Counted from the first letter of the stretch, positions 25,980 through 40,130 are shown. The stretch: 64,000 bases of DNA from Narcine bancroftii (GCF_036971445.1 NC_091470.1:63488001-63552000), one strand, 5' to 3'. Notes: a model not told the origin generated them from the sequence alone. Numbers and translations are program-made.

Positions 25980-28900
25980 GAAACGTTAACCAGGGGGATG
26001 CGAACCAGAATGCCAGAACAGATAAGAAGTGGAGGAGGAAAAAGATGAGGTGAAGGTTGCATCTAAAGTCAGAAGTCACAGGTTGTACATAGCGGAAATT
26101 TTCTCAAGTGCATCTATATTAATGTACGAACTGTTGTAGGAAAGCCAGATAAGCTTAGAGTGTAGATTAGCATGTGGAATTATGACACGGATGGCAGTCT
26201 CTTCAATCTGAGGAGCCTGCAAGCTTTCACCAAGACACAAGAGCAACTTGTCCGTGAACTACTCTTTGCAGACGATGCTGCTTTAGTTGCCCTTTCAGAG
26301 CCAGCTCTCCAGTGCATGACATCCTGTTTTGCGGAAACTGCCAAAATGTTTGGCCTGGAAGTCAGCCTGAAGAAAACTGAGGTCCTCCATCAGCCAACTT
26401 CCCACCATGACTACCAGCCCCCCACCCCCCACATCTCCATCGGGCACACAGAACTCAAAATGGTCAACCAGTTTACCTACCTCGGCTGCACCATTTCATC
26501 TGATGCAAGGATCGAAAAAGAGATAGACAACAGTCTTGCCAAGGCAAATAGTGCCTTTGGAAGACTACACAAAAGAGTCTGGAAAAACAACCACCTGAAG
26601 AAACACACAAAGATCAGCGTGTACAGAGCCGTTGTCATACCTACGTTCCTCTTCGGCTCCGAATCATGGGTCCTCTACCGGCATCACCTATGTCTCCTAG
26701 AATGCTTCCATCAGCGCTGTCTCCACTCCATCCTCAACATTCATTGGAATGACTTCATCACCAACATCGAAGTACTTGAGCTGGCAGAGTCCGTAAGTAT
26801 CGAATCCATGCTGCTGAAGATCCAACTGCACTTGGTGGGTCATGTCTCCAGAATGGAGGATCATCACCTTCCCAAGATTGTGTTCTATGGCGAGCTCTCC
26901 ACTGGCCACTGAGACAGAGGTGCACCAAAGAAGAGGTACATGGACTGCTTAAAGAAATCTCTTGGTGCCTGCCACATTGACCACTGCCAGTGGGCTGATA
27001 TCTCCTCCAACTGTCCATCTTGGCGCCTCACAGTTCAGTGGGCAGCAACCTCCTTTGAAGAAGACCGCAGAGCCCACCTCACTGACAAAAGACAAAGGAG
27101 GAAAAACCCAACCCCAACCAACCAATTTTCCATTGCAACCACTGCAACCGTGCCTGCCTGCCCCACATCGGACTTGTCACCAACGAGCCTGCAGCAGACA
27201 TGGACATACCCCTCCATAAATCTTCATCCGCGAAGCCAAGCCAAAGAGAAGGGGCAGGATGTTCTGGGCTTCCATCATTTCAGATGCAATAGAGCGGAGG
27301 GGATGAAGGAGAGGAGTGGCATTGCTCATCAGGGAAAATAACACTGCTGTTCTCCAATAGGAAAGGCCAGAGGGCTCTACTACCGTATCTATATGGGTGG
27401 AGCTGAGGAATTAGAAAAGTATGACCACACTCATTATAGTCAGCAAGAATTGAAGGAGCAAATCTATAGAGAGATAGTAGACAGCAGCAAGAAACAAAGT
27501 TTTGATAGTAGGAGATTTTAACTTTCCATACATTAACTGGGACTCCCATGCTGTGAAACAGCTGGATGGCTTGGAGTTTGTCAAATGTGTTCAAGAAAGG
27601 TTTTTGAATCAATATATATAGAGGTGCTAACTAGAGAGAGTGCAATACTAGATCTATTAGGGAACGAGACAGGACCAGTGACAGAAGTATGTGTAGGGGA
27701 ATATTTTGGGTCTAATGATCATAATGCCATTAGTTTCAAGTTAATTATGAAGAAGGATCGGTCTGGGCCTTGGTTTCTAAATTGGTCATTTTGAGGAAAT
27801 GAGAAAGGATCTAGAATGTGTGGATTGGGATAAGTTGTTTTCTGGCAAGGATGTGCGAGGTAAGTGGAGGACCTTCAAAGATGAAATTTTGAGAATACAG
27901 AGTTTGCATATTCCTGCCAGAATTAAAGGCAAAGTTAGCAGGCGTAGGGAACCTTGATTTTCAAAAGATATTTGGATCTGGTTTAGATAAAGAGAGATGT
28001 GTATAACAGGCATATGTACTTGAGGAGATTAAAAAATGCAAGTAAAACTCAAGAAGTAAATCAGGAAGGCTACGATAAGACATGAGGTTGCTTTGGCAAA
28101 CAATTTGAAAGGAAATATTAAGAGCAAGGGATAGTAAGGAAGAAAATTGGACCCCTTGAAGATCATAGTGCTTGGCTATGTATGGAGCTAGAAGAGATGG
28201 GGTGATCTTAATTATTTTTCATCAGTATTTACTCAGGAAATTGGCACAAAGTATATGGAAGTAAGAAAAACAAGCAGTCAAGTCATAGGCCTAAGATAGA
28301 TTAAAGAGAAGAAGGTGCTTCATGTCTAAAAATAAATAAAGGTGGATAAATCCCTAGGACCTCGAGGAAGTGTAGAAATTGCAGCGGCTCTGGCACAAAT
28401 ATTTACAATGTCCTTAGCATGGGTGTGGTGTCAGAGGACTAAAGGATAGCTCATGTTGTTCTGTTGTTTTAAAAAGGCTCCAAAAATAACCCTGTAAATT
28501 ATAGGCCAGTGAGCCTGACATCAGTAGTATGTAAATAATTGGAAGGTGTTCTTAGAGATCAGATATACAAGTATTTGGATAGTCAGGGACTGATTAGGGA
28601 AAGTCAATATGCCTTTGCCTATGGTAGATCATGCTTAACCAAACTGATATGATTTTTTTCTAGGAGGTTACCAGGAAAGGTCATAAAGGATAGGGTCTCA
28701 CATGGGAGGTTAATCAGAAAGGTTCAGATGCTCAGTATTCATGTTGAGGTAGTAAACTGGATTCAATATTGGCTATACAAGAGAAGCCAGGGAATGCTTC
28801 TCAGAGTCAAGCCCTGTGACTAGTGTATGCCTCAGGGATCAGTGCTGGGATCATTATTGTTTGTCATCTATATCAATGATCTGGATGATAATGTGGTAAA

Positions 28901-29230
28901 TTGATCAGCAGGTGTTGTAGACAGAGAAGAAAGTTTTCAAAGCTGCAGGGGATTTGGACCAGCTGGAAAAATGGGCTGAAAAATAGCAGATGGAATTGAA
29001 TGCTGACAAGTGTGAGGTGTTATATTATGAAAGGACAAACCAAGAAAGGACCTATATGGTAAATGGCAGGGCACTGGGGAATGCGGTAGAACAGAGGGAT
29101 CTGGGAATACAGATACATAATTCCCTGAAAATGATGTCACAGGTAGAGTTGTAAAGAGAGCTCGTGCATGTTGACCTTCATAATTCAAACTGTTGAATCA
29201 AAGTGTTTGGATGTTATGGTAAAGTTGTAG
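25980..29230 (+). mobile_element. CR1 ORF2 (endonuclease and RT), interrupted by RTE copy C
   Basis: KCIYINVRTV, SMWNYD, VGDFNFP, GSNDHNAI, NYRPVSLTSV, PQGSVLG. Confidence 0.92.
26186..27250 (+). mobile_element. RTE LINE copy C, 5'-truncated, 3' end intact
   Basis: ORF 26172-26912; ends gaagccaagccaaagagaa. Confidence 0.95.
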
Positions 29231-29969
29231 AGGTTTCCTTACTCATGTTGGATCCAATGCCCTGAAACTTCATGGCGTCCAGTCAAAGTTGAGAATTGGC
29301 AATGTGACTACTCCCTGACTGTACACAAGATCACACAAGGTCACACAATATATAGGAGCAGAAGTAGGCCGACTGGCCTATCAAGTCTGCTCCACCATTC
29401 TAATCGTGAATTGATCCATTCTTCCACTCAGCCCCACTCCCCGGCTTTCTCCCCTGACTATGCCCTGACTAATCAAATACCTGCCAATCTCTGCCTTAAA
29501 TGCACCTCGTAATATCTCTTGAGCTGCTCAGTGATGCCTATTATGGGATCTACCATGACCACTCCGCTCCAAACCACATGACAGACTTGATTCAAACATG
29601 GACTATAGAGATGAATTCCCATAGGTGAGGCAGTATTTGGCTGAGCCCTGGCAAAACTAAAGTAATCAAGCTATGGTTAGAATGGATAAAACATTTTTGT
29701 TCCCTGAGCTGGAACCTGTTGACTACATGCATGTAGACAATTACTGTCTAATCCTGGCATGTTTATGTTATTTCATTTGCCTGCTGATAGTCAAAATGAA
29801 TAAAAGAAACATGTTTAAACTCCCAAAAGAGGGATATAATTGACCTGCTTGAAGTGGATGTGGGGTGCAGTCCAATGGGAAGATTTATGTTACCTACTGC
29901 AACACAAGAAATGACATGACTCAAAAGCTTGTTGGTTCCATTGATATCAGAGTGAAACATGAAAGTCAC

Positions 29970-30625
29970 CAGATGCTGTAATGCTGGAGGAACTCAGCTG
30001 GCCTTTGCAGCATCCACAGGAGACAAAGATATATTGCCAACCTACGCCCTTCTTCAAGGAATAAGCAGATTGAGCCAAAAGCAGGACATCTCAGAATTCA
30101 GACAATGGTGGCTGGGGGAGGAGTTAATTGGATACAATAAGGGACGAGGTAAGGATTTATCATATTTGTGTGTAAGGAGATGGGAGCACTGGGAGATCCA
30201 CGCTATTGCGACAGACAGAGACGAGGTCCTCACCAAAGCGATCTCACAGTCTGCGTCCAGTTTCTCTGATGTAGAAGATACCACAACAAGAGCACCGGAT
30301 TCTGTAGACAACCTCTGTAGATTCAAAAGTCAAATGTTCCTTCACTTGGAAGGCCTGTTTGGGGCACCAAATGGTGGTGAGGAAGGAAGTCTGGGCACAG
30401 GTGGAGCATCTCCTATGGTCTCTGGGTAGGTCCCAATGGAATGATTGCTGGGGAGGGAGGAGTGGACAAGGGAGTCATGGAGGGTGCAGCTACTGCAGAT
30501 GCCGGAGTGGGGAGGAGAGGCGAATATGTGTCTAGTGGTGGGATCAGAAATGGTAGAGGAGGATGAGTTGGTTGCGGAGGCTGGTGGGGTGGTAGGTGAG
30601 GACATGGGGATGGATGGGGTCAGGA
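29970..30625 (-). mobile_element. Penelope-like 3' fragment
   Basis: DPTTRHIFASPP..LHDSLVHSSLP on the minus strand; tail homologous to 16280-16400. Confidence 0.85.
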
Positions 30626-30834
30626 CAGATGTGTGGGTAATGGTGGGATATCAGTACCTCTTTGAACAGCCCTTTTAAATAGTGTTGGTAGCACTTACTC
30701 TCCAAAAATGATGAGCAGGTATGGTCACTTGAGCTACATCTAGTTTACTCGGAGAAAATGAGAATGTGATCTTCCCAAGTTTAAAGAACCAGAAATGAAA
30801 ATACTTCATTTTCAAGAAGCAACCATTGGTGACT

Positions 30835-31297
30835 GCATCAATCTGGAGGAGTATACGGCATCAATGACCAGCTACATTAGTAAGTGTACCGTCACTGTCC
30901 ATCACTACTCACTCTAATCAGAAGCCATGGATGGCTGCTGAGGTATGCGTGCTGCTCAGGAATTGGGACACAGCCTTCAGAGCAGGTGGAAAGGCAGACC
31001 TAGCAATTGCAAGAGCCAAGTTGTCTAAGGCCATTGGGGAGTCAAAGCGTGCACAAGCCCAGCGCATTCCCAATCATGTCCTGGACGAGCAAAGACACAC
31101 AACACATGTGAAAGGGGATCCAAGATATCGCTAACCATAAGACTACACCATCTGCATGTGCTGGTGATGCCTCCTTCCCAGAAGAACTGAACAACTTCTA
31201 TGCACAGTTTGAGGCAAAAATATTATGTGGCAGCGGAGAAGACCACCACGCCTCTAAACGATCAGGTGCTGTGTCTTACTGTGGCCGATGTTAAGAG
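30835..31297 (+). mobile_element. Rex1/Babar ORF2 fragment
   Basis: [19 protein letters not shown]; [16 protein letters not shown]. Confidence 0.8.
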
Positions 31298-31299
31298 AG

Positions 31300-32660
31300 A
31301 ATATGTCAGTCAACCCAAAGACTTTAATCGTCTTCACTGCCAGTTCATCAACAGCGTTACTGTCAAAGTCCAAAAACTCATCATCACTACTGCTGGTTTC
31401 ACTGTCTTCATATAATGCATCATCTTCAGTGCCATCAAGAGCATTACTAATTCCACACTTCTTAAAAGCCTTAACAATAATCCCAGCTCTTAGACTATCC
31501 CAAGAGGTCTTCACCCACGCACACACCTGTGTAATGGTGGGATGTTTCACTCTTTCTACTCGTGTTAGTGCAGGGTCCTTTTCTTCCCCCCCCCCCCCCC
31601 CACCATTTGTTCCAGATTTCCCTCATTCTATTTTTAAATGGTTAGCTCATACACACATCTAAAGGCTGCAATTGGCTCGTCAGACCACCAGGAATAACAG
31701 GCATCTGGGTTTTCAGTTTGTGCACCTTCTTTTTAACATCTTCAGTTCTGTGTACTCTGAACTGTTCCCAGACCAGAAGAGCAGGTTTTTGTATGAGTCC
31801 ACCAGGACATCTTCACCATATTTTCTACAACCATAATTTGATTCCAGCTTCACCCATCCAGCCTTTTGGATGAACACGAACAAACACACCCCCATGGTAT
31901 TTTTTATTTGGGGAGAGTCTTTCTTTTAAATATTACAAACTATGGCAGTGTAGTGTGTCCTTTCATGACCAGTGGCTTTTACTATGACAGTTTTAGCTCC
32001 TATAATACTCACAGTTTTGTTGGATGGCACATCGAATATTAATGGAACTTTATCCATGATCCCTTTTTGGCTCAGTTCTAAAAAGTTACTTTTTGAGCAT
32101 ATATTATAAACTTATGAAATTCTGATATTTTGTCCTTATGATCCGCTAGCATTTCCTGTGCAATTGATGCTTTTTGTACACATTGATAAGCCTTGCCGAT
32201 TTATGAACTGGTAACACCAACCTTCAGTTCCAGTAAAATCCTTATGCTTTTGTTCTTCACCTAAGCTCCTGGTCTTGTGCACTTTCATCTTGGTAGAACC
32301 TAATTTCCCTGCTTGTCGTTCATTTAGCACCTTTTCTTTTAACTCCTCCTCAAGTTGTGACCAATGCGGGGGCGGACAGCAAAGGCTACGTTTACCCTCT
32401 TTAGCAGCCTCTAGCCATTTTTTCTTGCTTTCTCCATACATGTACCAATTTTACAGCAGGCAGCGCTCCAAAGACTTTAGCTGCCTCTCTATTACCGTGC
32501 TCCTTATCATACGTTACAACTTTTAGATTGTATGCAATAGTGCAGCTTGAGAGCTTTCCTCCAATCACCATCTTGTGGATGAAAACCTCCACCACAGTGT
32601 TCAAAATGGTGGCTCCAAAATGTCACCTTCGCATATATGACTCGGGGTGGCTTTTGAGGC
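31300..32660 (-). mobile_element. pogo/Tigger-family transposase pseudogene (POGK-like architecture)
   Basis: Brinker-type DBD (YNLKVVTYDKEHGNREAAKVFG), CENP-B HTH (FTGTEGWCYQFINRQGLS), DDE region, C-terminal IVKAFKKCGISNALDGTEDD; many stops. Confidence 0.9.
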
Positions 32661-33375
32661 AATTTTGTGGAGAAATATAAACTCTTTTGTGAAATCAAAA
32701 TTAAATTAATACAATGAACATTTGCTAGTGTGGGCAATTAAACAATTTTTGATGATTATATAAAATTCAACTTCATTTTCTTTCTATATTTATTTGAAGT
32801 CAAGGACACAGTGAAAACAAGAGAAATAAGTGATGCTTGAAAAGTAATTACTTTTCCAGGACCTTAAGCAGGCTATTCGAATAAATACTCAAAAGTGTCT
32901 CATTCTAAGCCATCCTTTATTATAATTTTATGAACTGAAGGATAAAAACAGCTAAGTTATTTTCTCCAGTTACAAGATGTTCTATTTAATTACAGCCTCA
33001 ATTTTCATAGTCCGTCATTTAACCATTTAAGGCTCCCTGGAGGACTTCCTATATATTCCCACAGCAAAATTAATGACTCCAAGTGAACTCTTTACACAAT
33101 GCTGTGTTGTAAACATGACAGAAAATAGACAAGTGCCATTTCCAGAGCTGTTTTAATCCATCTAGTAATGTTTAATGAGGAGTCATTAATGACCCAAAGA
33201 CAGTTAGACAGCAAACTCTACTTATCCAGGAATTTGCGGATATTTGGTGTGTCACCAGAAACCCTAGTAAGTTTCTACTGAAGTGTGATGTAAAGTGTGT
33301 TGACTAGCTGCATTACAGTCTGGTAGGGGTATAAATTTACCCCTGAGAATAAAGCCCTCAAAAAGGGAATGTACA

Positions 33376-36300
33376 GAGGAGTCACATGATGGAGTAGTGG
33401 CCGGTCGGGAAAACCAGCCCTCTTCAGGAAAAATAGCAAAGCAAAGCATAACAAAAATAAAATATAAGAAATAGAAGATAAAGATACAGAGAAGAGAAAG
33501 AAGATGGCTTCCAAGAAGGTGAAAGTAAAAACAAATGGAAAAAAAGAAGTAGAAAAGTCGCAGGAGAAGAAAGAAGAAGGCCTTATCTGCACGAAGGAAC
33601 AGGGCGCTGTGGTGGCGAGGAGCACCCGACCCTCGAGGTCAGTGCCTGCCCTGCGGAGTCATGACTCACCAGCCGGTGGACTACAAAAATGGCTCTTGGA
33701 GCCAAACAAAAGTGCGCAACTGCGCAATCTAAGGAGAAAGAGGACACCGGTGCGAAGAGAGCTCAGCAAAGGAGTGGGCTGCAACAGAGCAAACAGCTGA
33801 GGGATGCCCAACACCAGGGCACTCAGCTGGAGGACGAGGAAGGCAGCAGAAGAGCGAGTGATGAAACAGACATGTGAGATAGACAGAGGGATGACCGACA
33901 AGAAGATCAATGTCAGGAAGCACAACAGATGAGCAGCCCAGGAGGGGAGGACCAACAACAAGAGGCCCAGCAAGAAGAGGCCCGACAAAGAGATACAAGC
34001 AGCTCATCAGGAAAAACAGAAGAGAGACAGACACAAAGAAGAGAAGAAGAAGACACAAACACACGTACAGACACAGAAAAAGAGGAAGAAGAAGACCAAG
34101 ATCTTCACAGAGAAATAGAAGGTAAAACTAAAGGACAGAATATAGATAAAGTTTTTTTTGAAGAACAAATGAGATCCCTAAAAGAATGGTTGTCATTAGA
34201 GTTTAATGCAATTAAAAGGAAAATGAAAAGAACAGAAGATAAAATGCAAAGGTTAGAACTGGTAATGACAGAAATAGGGGGAAAGAGTAGAGAATGTGGA
34301 AGTGCGGGAAACAACTGTAGAAATGGAAGTAAATGACAAGAGAAAAATTGGAAGAAAGTGACAAAAAAATTAAAGAGACACAAGAATTGTTATCTCAGAA
34401 AACTGATATGTTGGAAAATTATAGTAGGCGAAACAACTAAAATAGAGGGCCTGAAGGAGGGTGAAGAAGGCATAGACATAAAGGAATTTATAAAAGGATG
34501 GATCCTGAAGGTCTTGGGAATGACAGAAATTCAGGAAGAAATGGAAATAGAAAGGGCACACAGACCATTAACTCCAAAAGCACAGGCACATCAAAAACCA
34601 AGATCCATCTTAGTAAAACTTTTGAGATACACGACAAGAGAAAATATACTGGAACAGGTAAGGAATAAAGTTAGAGAAGATAATAAACCATTGGAATACT
34701 AGGGTCAAAAAATATTTGTTTTACCAAGACATAAGCTTTGAACTCTTAAAGAGGAGGAAAGAATTTAATACAGCAAAATCGATTTTATGGAAAAAAGATT
34801 ACAAATTCATGTTAAGACATGCAGCTGTGCTTAAAATATTTATACCTGGAGAGCAAAACACACTGTTCTTGGATCCAGAGAAAGTGCAAGAATTCGCAGA
34901 ACGTTTGCAAGACAGGACAAGAGATGAAGATATGTAACAAGAATGAAGAACGGCGATAAAGTATATATAAAAATGTAAAAACAATGTATATGTAAAGAAC
35001 TAAAGATGGAAAAGAAAAGGGAAGGAAGGGAGTAAGGGGAAAAAAAGAAGAGAGAGAGCTTTGTTATATGTGTTTAAAAAAAGTGTTTTCTGGAGAGGGC
35101 TGGGTAGAGGGGGAATAACCATCACTGCAAAATCAGTTGATGCTGCGAACAAGATCGCAATCAAAATGAGAAGGGGAGTTGTGGTTGACCGGCAAGGGAT
35201 ATGGGGCAACTCAGGGAAGGGGGGATATTTTGGGGTTAAGGCATTTGTGGATGTGGGAACTCTGGGGGTACATTATGTCTTAAGTGTGTTGTCATACATT
35301 AAGTATAATAAGAGAAAACTAAGAGATGAAAAGGATGAAAAGAGGGATGGAGGTGGTGAAGAGGAGGAAAAGAGGTGTATGCAAGATATAAGATGGCCAT
35401 GTTGAATTATATGACTATAAACATTAATGGAATACATAACCAAATTAAAAGGAAGAGGCTACTAAATTTATTGAAGAAGGAAAAAATAGATATAGCATTT
35501 GTGCAGGAAACACACCTAACTGAAGCAGAACTTAACAAACTAAAGAGAGACTGAGTAGGACATGTAACAGCAGCATCCTATAATTCAAAAGCTAGAGGTG
35601 TAGCCATATTAGTTAACAAAAATCTACCAACCAAAATAGAGGAGGAAATAATAAATCCGGCAGGAGGTATGCAATGATAAAGTGTCTGATTAGCCTGGCA
35701 AGTTAAAATAGAACAAGCTAAAAAAAAACCAATACTGGCATCAAGGAAAAAAGACAAACAATTTACTTATAATCCAACAGAGATTAATGAAAATTTTACT
35801 AATTTTATGAACAATTGTATCAAACTGAGAATGAGCGGAAAGATGATAAAATAGAGGAATTTTTAGCTAAAATTGAACTGCCGAAATTTCAAGAAGAGGA
35901 ACAAAACAAACTAAAAAAACCATTTGAAATAGAGGAAGTACAGGATATATTAAAAAAGCTACCGAATAATAAAACAGCAGGAGAGGATGGATTTCCAATA
36001 GAATTATATAAAACATTTAAAGAGTCATTAATTCCTCCTCTCCTGGAAGTAATGAACCAAATAGAAGAAACACAAAACTTGCCAGATTCATATGAGATAG
36101 CAATAATTACAGTAATACCAAAGTTGGGGAAGGATCCTTTCACACCAGCATCATATAGAACAATATCTCTACTTAACTCAGACTACAAGATAATAGTGAA
36201 ATTATTAGCAAACAGATTGGCCGATTGTATACCTAAAATAGTAAAACAAGATCAAACTGGATTTATTAAGAAAAGACGAACAGCAGACAATGTCTCCAAA

Positions 36301-39157
36301 TTTATTAATCTAATCCACGCAGATCAAGGAACTGAGAAACCAACAGTGGCTGTTGCTCTAGACGTTGAAAAGCCTTTGACAGAGTCGAGTGGAACTACTT
36401 ATTTAAAGTATTACATTAAATAATAAGTTCAATCTACCAGAAAAATATATAAATTGGATTAAAGCATTGTATAATGGACTGTTAGAGAAGGTAGCAGAAA
36501 ATGGATCTGTATCAAGTCACTTTGAATAAAGTAGATCAACTAAACAGGGATGTCCATTATCCGCTTCATTGTTTGCCTTAGCAATAGAACCTTTGGCATG
36601 ATGCTGAAACAAGCCATGAAAGACCCCAACAATGAAGACGCTGTTTACATCCGGTACCGCACGGATGGCAGTCTCTTCAATCTGAGGCGCCTGCAAGCTC
36701 ACACCAAGACACAAGAGAAACTTGTCCGTGAACTACTCTTTGCAGATGATGCCGCTTTAGTTGCCCATTCAGAGCCAGCTCTTCAGCGCTTGACGTCCTG
36801 CTTTGCGGAAACTGCCAAAATGTTTGGCCTGGAAGTCAGCCTGAAGAAAACTGAGGTCCTCCATCAGCCAGCTCCCCACCATGACTACCAGCCCCCCCAC
36901 ATCTCCATCGGGCACACAAAACTCAAAACGGTCAACCAGTTTACCTATCTCGGCTGCACCATTTCATCAGATGCAAGGATCGACAATGAGATAGACAACA
37001 GACTCGCCAAGGCAAATAGCGCCTTTGGAAGACTACACAAAAGAGTCTGGAAAAACAACCAACTGAAAAACCTCACAAAGATAAGCGTATACAGAGCCGT
37101 TGTCATACCCACACTCCTGTTCGGCTCCGAATCATGGGTCCTCTACCGGCACCACCTACGGCTCCTAGAACGCTTCCACCAGCGTTGTCTCCGCTCCATC
37201 CTCAACATCCATTGGAGCGCTTACACCCCTAACGTCGAGGTACTCGAGATGGCAGAGGTCGACAGCATCGAGTCCACACTGCTGAAGATCCAGCTGCGCT
37301 GGATGGGTCACGTCTCCAGAATGGAGGACCATCGCCTTCCCAAGATCGTATTATATGGCGAGCTCTCCACTGTCCACCGTGACAGAGGTGCACCAAAGAA
37401 AAGGTACAAGGACTGCCTAAAGAAATCTCTTGGTGCCTGCCACATTGACCACCGCCAGTGGGCTGATAACGCCTCAAACCGTGCATCTTGGCGCCTCACA
37501 GTTTGGCGGGCAGCAGCCTCCTTTGAAGAAGACCGCAGAGCCCACCTCACTGACAAAAGGCAAAGGAGGAAAAACCCAACACCCAACCCCAACCAACCAA
37601 TATTCCCCTGCAGCCGCTGCAACTGTGTCTGCCTGTCCCGCATCGGACTTGTCAGCCACAAACGAGCCTGCAGCTGACGTGGACTTTTACCCCCTCCATA
37701 AATCTTCGTCCGCGAAGCCAAGCCAAAGAAGACAAGTAATCCGATAACTAAGGATCAGGTTAGACAATAACTTAAGCCACTTGTACAAACTAAATTATCA
37801 GCTACTAATAAAGAAATTGCAGGAAGACTTAGAACATTGGAAAGAATTACCACTAACTTTGATAGTGAGGGTAAACTGCATTAAAATGAATGTGTTCCCA
37901 AGGATACAATACTTATTTCAAACATTACCAATTCCCTTAACAGAAAAATTATTAAGGAACTAAAGAGAATAATAAGTAAATTCTTGTGGAAAGGGAGGAA
38001 ACCAAGGGTAGTGTTACATAAATTAGCAGAGAGGTATAATCAAGGTGGTTTACAGTTATCAAATTTTCGAAATTATTATAGAGCCGCACAATTAATGTAT
38101 TTATCACATTTTTACCAGACAAAGGGAAAACCAGACTGGACTAAGATAGAACTAGATAAAATAAGGGAGAAGGTACCAGAACATATACTTTATAAGTGGG
38201 ATGAAAAGCTGGTGCAATATAAAAACTCACTAGTACTGCATCATTTACTTAATACATGGAAGAAGATCCATTACAAAGTGGTACAAAATTATTATTGACG
38301 CAAAATCCGCTAATCCCTTTTTCAATGGACAACCTTTCATTTAGAGAATGGGAGAGAAAAGGAATCAAAAGAATAGAAAATTGTTTTTCGGGAAATAATT
38401 TATTAACATTTGAACAGTTGAAGTATTAATATGGAATAACTCATTGTACAATGTTTGCATATCATCAATTGAAAGCTTATTTAAAGGATAAATTGGAAAA
38501 CAGCTTGAGATTACCTGAAGGAAGCAGCTTTGAATACGTGATTACAGACACAATGATAATTAAAAGATTCATAACCAACATGTACATTAAGCTGCAAGAA
38601 AATGAAAATGAAATAAACTATAAACCTAAGCAGAAGTGGGAAAAGGATCAAAACATCAAGATAAAAAATGAAATATGGAGAAAATTCATTATGATAGCGA
38701 CAGCAAAACAATGTATAATGTCAACTTGAAAAATGGAAGAGAGCATGAGTATACAGCAATGGTACATGGAAATGAATAAATGCATTCCATTGGAAAAAAT
38801 AACATATAATTTAAAAAATAAAGTCACAATGTTTGAACAAATTTGGGAACCGTACATTGAATATATCAGAGAGCTTGCCTATGACCTCCCTCCCCTAAAA
38901 TGATAAGACAAAACAACTAGATTCAGTGTGTAATAAATAGATGATGCATTTTTCTTGTTTATTTTTCCTTTATGTGAAGATATTGTTTTATGGTTTTATT
39001 GTATTGTATATGTTGAATATTTATGGGCTTTGGAGGGGAGGGAGGGAAAGGTGGAAAAAAAGGGAGAAAAGTCAACTGTGTAAATTTAATGAGAAACGTT
39101 TATACATATTTTGGTTGATATGGTTCATAGTGTGAAAGATTTTTTTAAATTATTTAA
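33376..39157 (+). mobile_element. L1-clade LINE with both ends, internally deleted; ORF1 ~33504-34936, ORF2 ~35395-38890
   Basis: ORF1 EIERAHR, YQDIS; ORF2 NINGI, FVQETHL, GEDGFP, YRTISLLNSDYKI, QGCPLS; 16-bp TSD aaaaagggaatgtaca (33360-33375) / aaaaaggtaatgtgca (39158-39173). Confidence 0.95.
36596..37730 (+). mobile_element. RTE LINE copy D, youngest-looking, uninterrupted ORF to stop at 37677
   Basis: About 360 open codons with LLFADD, FTYLG, LRWMGHVSRM and a C-terminal CSRC..H..C motif; short 3' UTR ending aaagaa. Confidence 0.97.
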
Positions 39158-39964
39158 AAAAAGGTAATGTGCACAACCCAGGACATCGCAGTCAAATCCT
39201 TCCCCACTATTGGGAATGTCTGCAGGGAATATTGCCATTGGAGAGCAGCAGCAATCATCAAGGATCCACATCCCCCAGCACATGCTCTGTTCTCGCTGCT
39301 GCCATCAAGAAAGAAGTATAGGTGCCACAAGACTCAGGCCACCAGTTTCAGGAACAGCTGCTACCCCTCCACCATTGGAATCCTTGAGAACAAAATCAAT
39401 CAGAGACTCACTTAAGGACTCCTGTGCACTTTATTGATTTTTTAAAAATTCCCTCTTTGTTGCAGTCAGTTTGTTTACATTTGTTATCTGTTTACAGATC
39501 TTTATTTGTTTACATGCATTCGTTGTGTAATTTTTTTCCACTACCAGTAAGTGGTAATTATGCCTCGCCTGTGGGAAAATGAATCTCAGGGTTGTATGTG
39601 ATGTCATGTATGTACTTTGACAATGAATCTGAAATCTGAAATCTGAATCTGAATTTCATTTGGTTCTCCTAATAAAGTTGATACAAGTGGCAACACATGT
39701 AGACAGGGTGGTGATGAAGCGATGCGATTTTTAAAAAAAAATAAACTCAACAGGTTTAATAATAAATATGCAGCATTATATTCACATAATTTGATAATTG
39801 TGACCAACATATTGTTTGCCTTCCTAGTCCCTTGCTGTACCTGCACAATTAAATCTAATGGTTTATTCAAGGACACCTAGGTCCTTTTGAACACCAAAAC
39901 CTTTCAACTTTTCAACATTTAAAATACTTACTTTTTCATTTATCTGGCAGAATACACATTTTTA

Positions 39965-40130
39965 AAATGTAGACATACAGCACTGTAATGGGCCCTTTCA
40001 GCTCACAACCCTTATTCTACAATCCAGTACATTTTAAATGTAGGGAGGAAACCCACGGAGACAAGGGATGAACGTACAAACTCCTTACAAAAAGCACCAA
40101 ATTCAAACCCTGGTCGCTAACTGTGTCACT
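39965..40130 (-). mobile_element. V-SINE, degenerate
   Basis: aacgtacaaactccttac and ttcaaaccctggtc are reverse complements of the SINE at 22744. Confidence 0.75.

Larger units (their letters stand above)
33255..39655 (+). mobile_element. Rex1/Babar 3' fragment split by the L1 (33255-33375 and 39158-39655)
   Basis: SVLTSCITVW..KALKK on the left continues as V.CTTQDI..IIKDPHPPAHALFSLLPS on the right; (TCTGAA)n tail. Confidence 0.85.

Noticed and set aside
31300-32660. Domesticated POGK gene
   Set aside because: Multiple stops, frameshifts and deletions indicate a dead transposon.
36550-37677. 375-aa ORF as a host gene or functional L1-RTE fusion
   Set aside because: The N-terminal ~16 aa are an off-frame reading of L1; the rest is a 5'-truncated RTE lacking the endonuclease and the first half of the RT.
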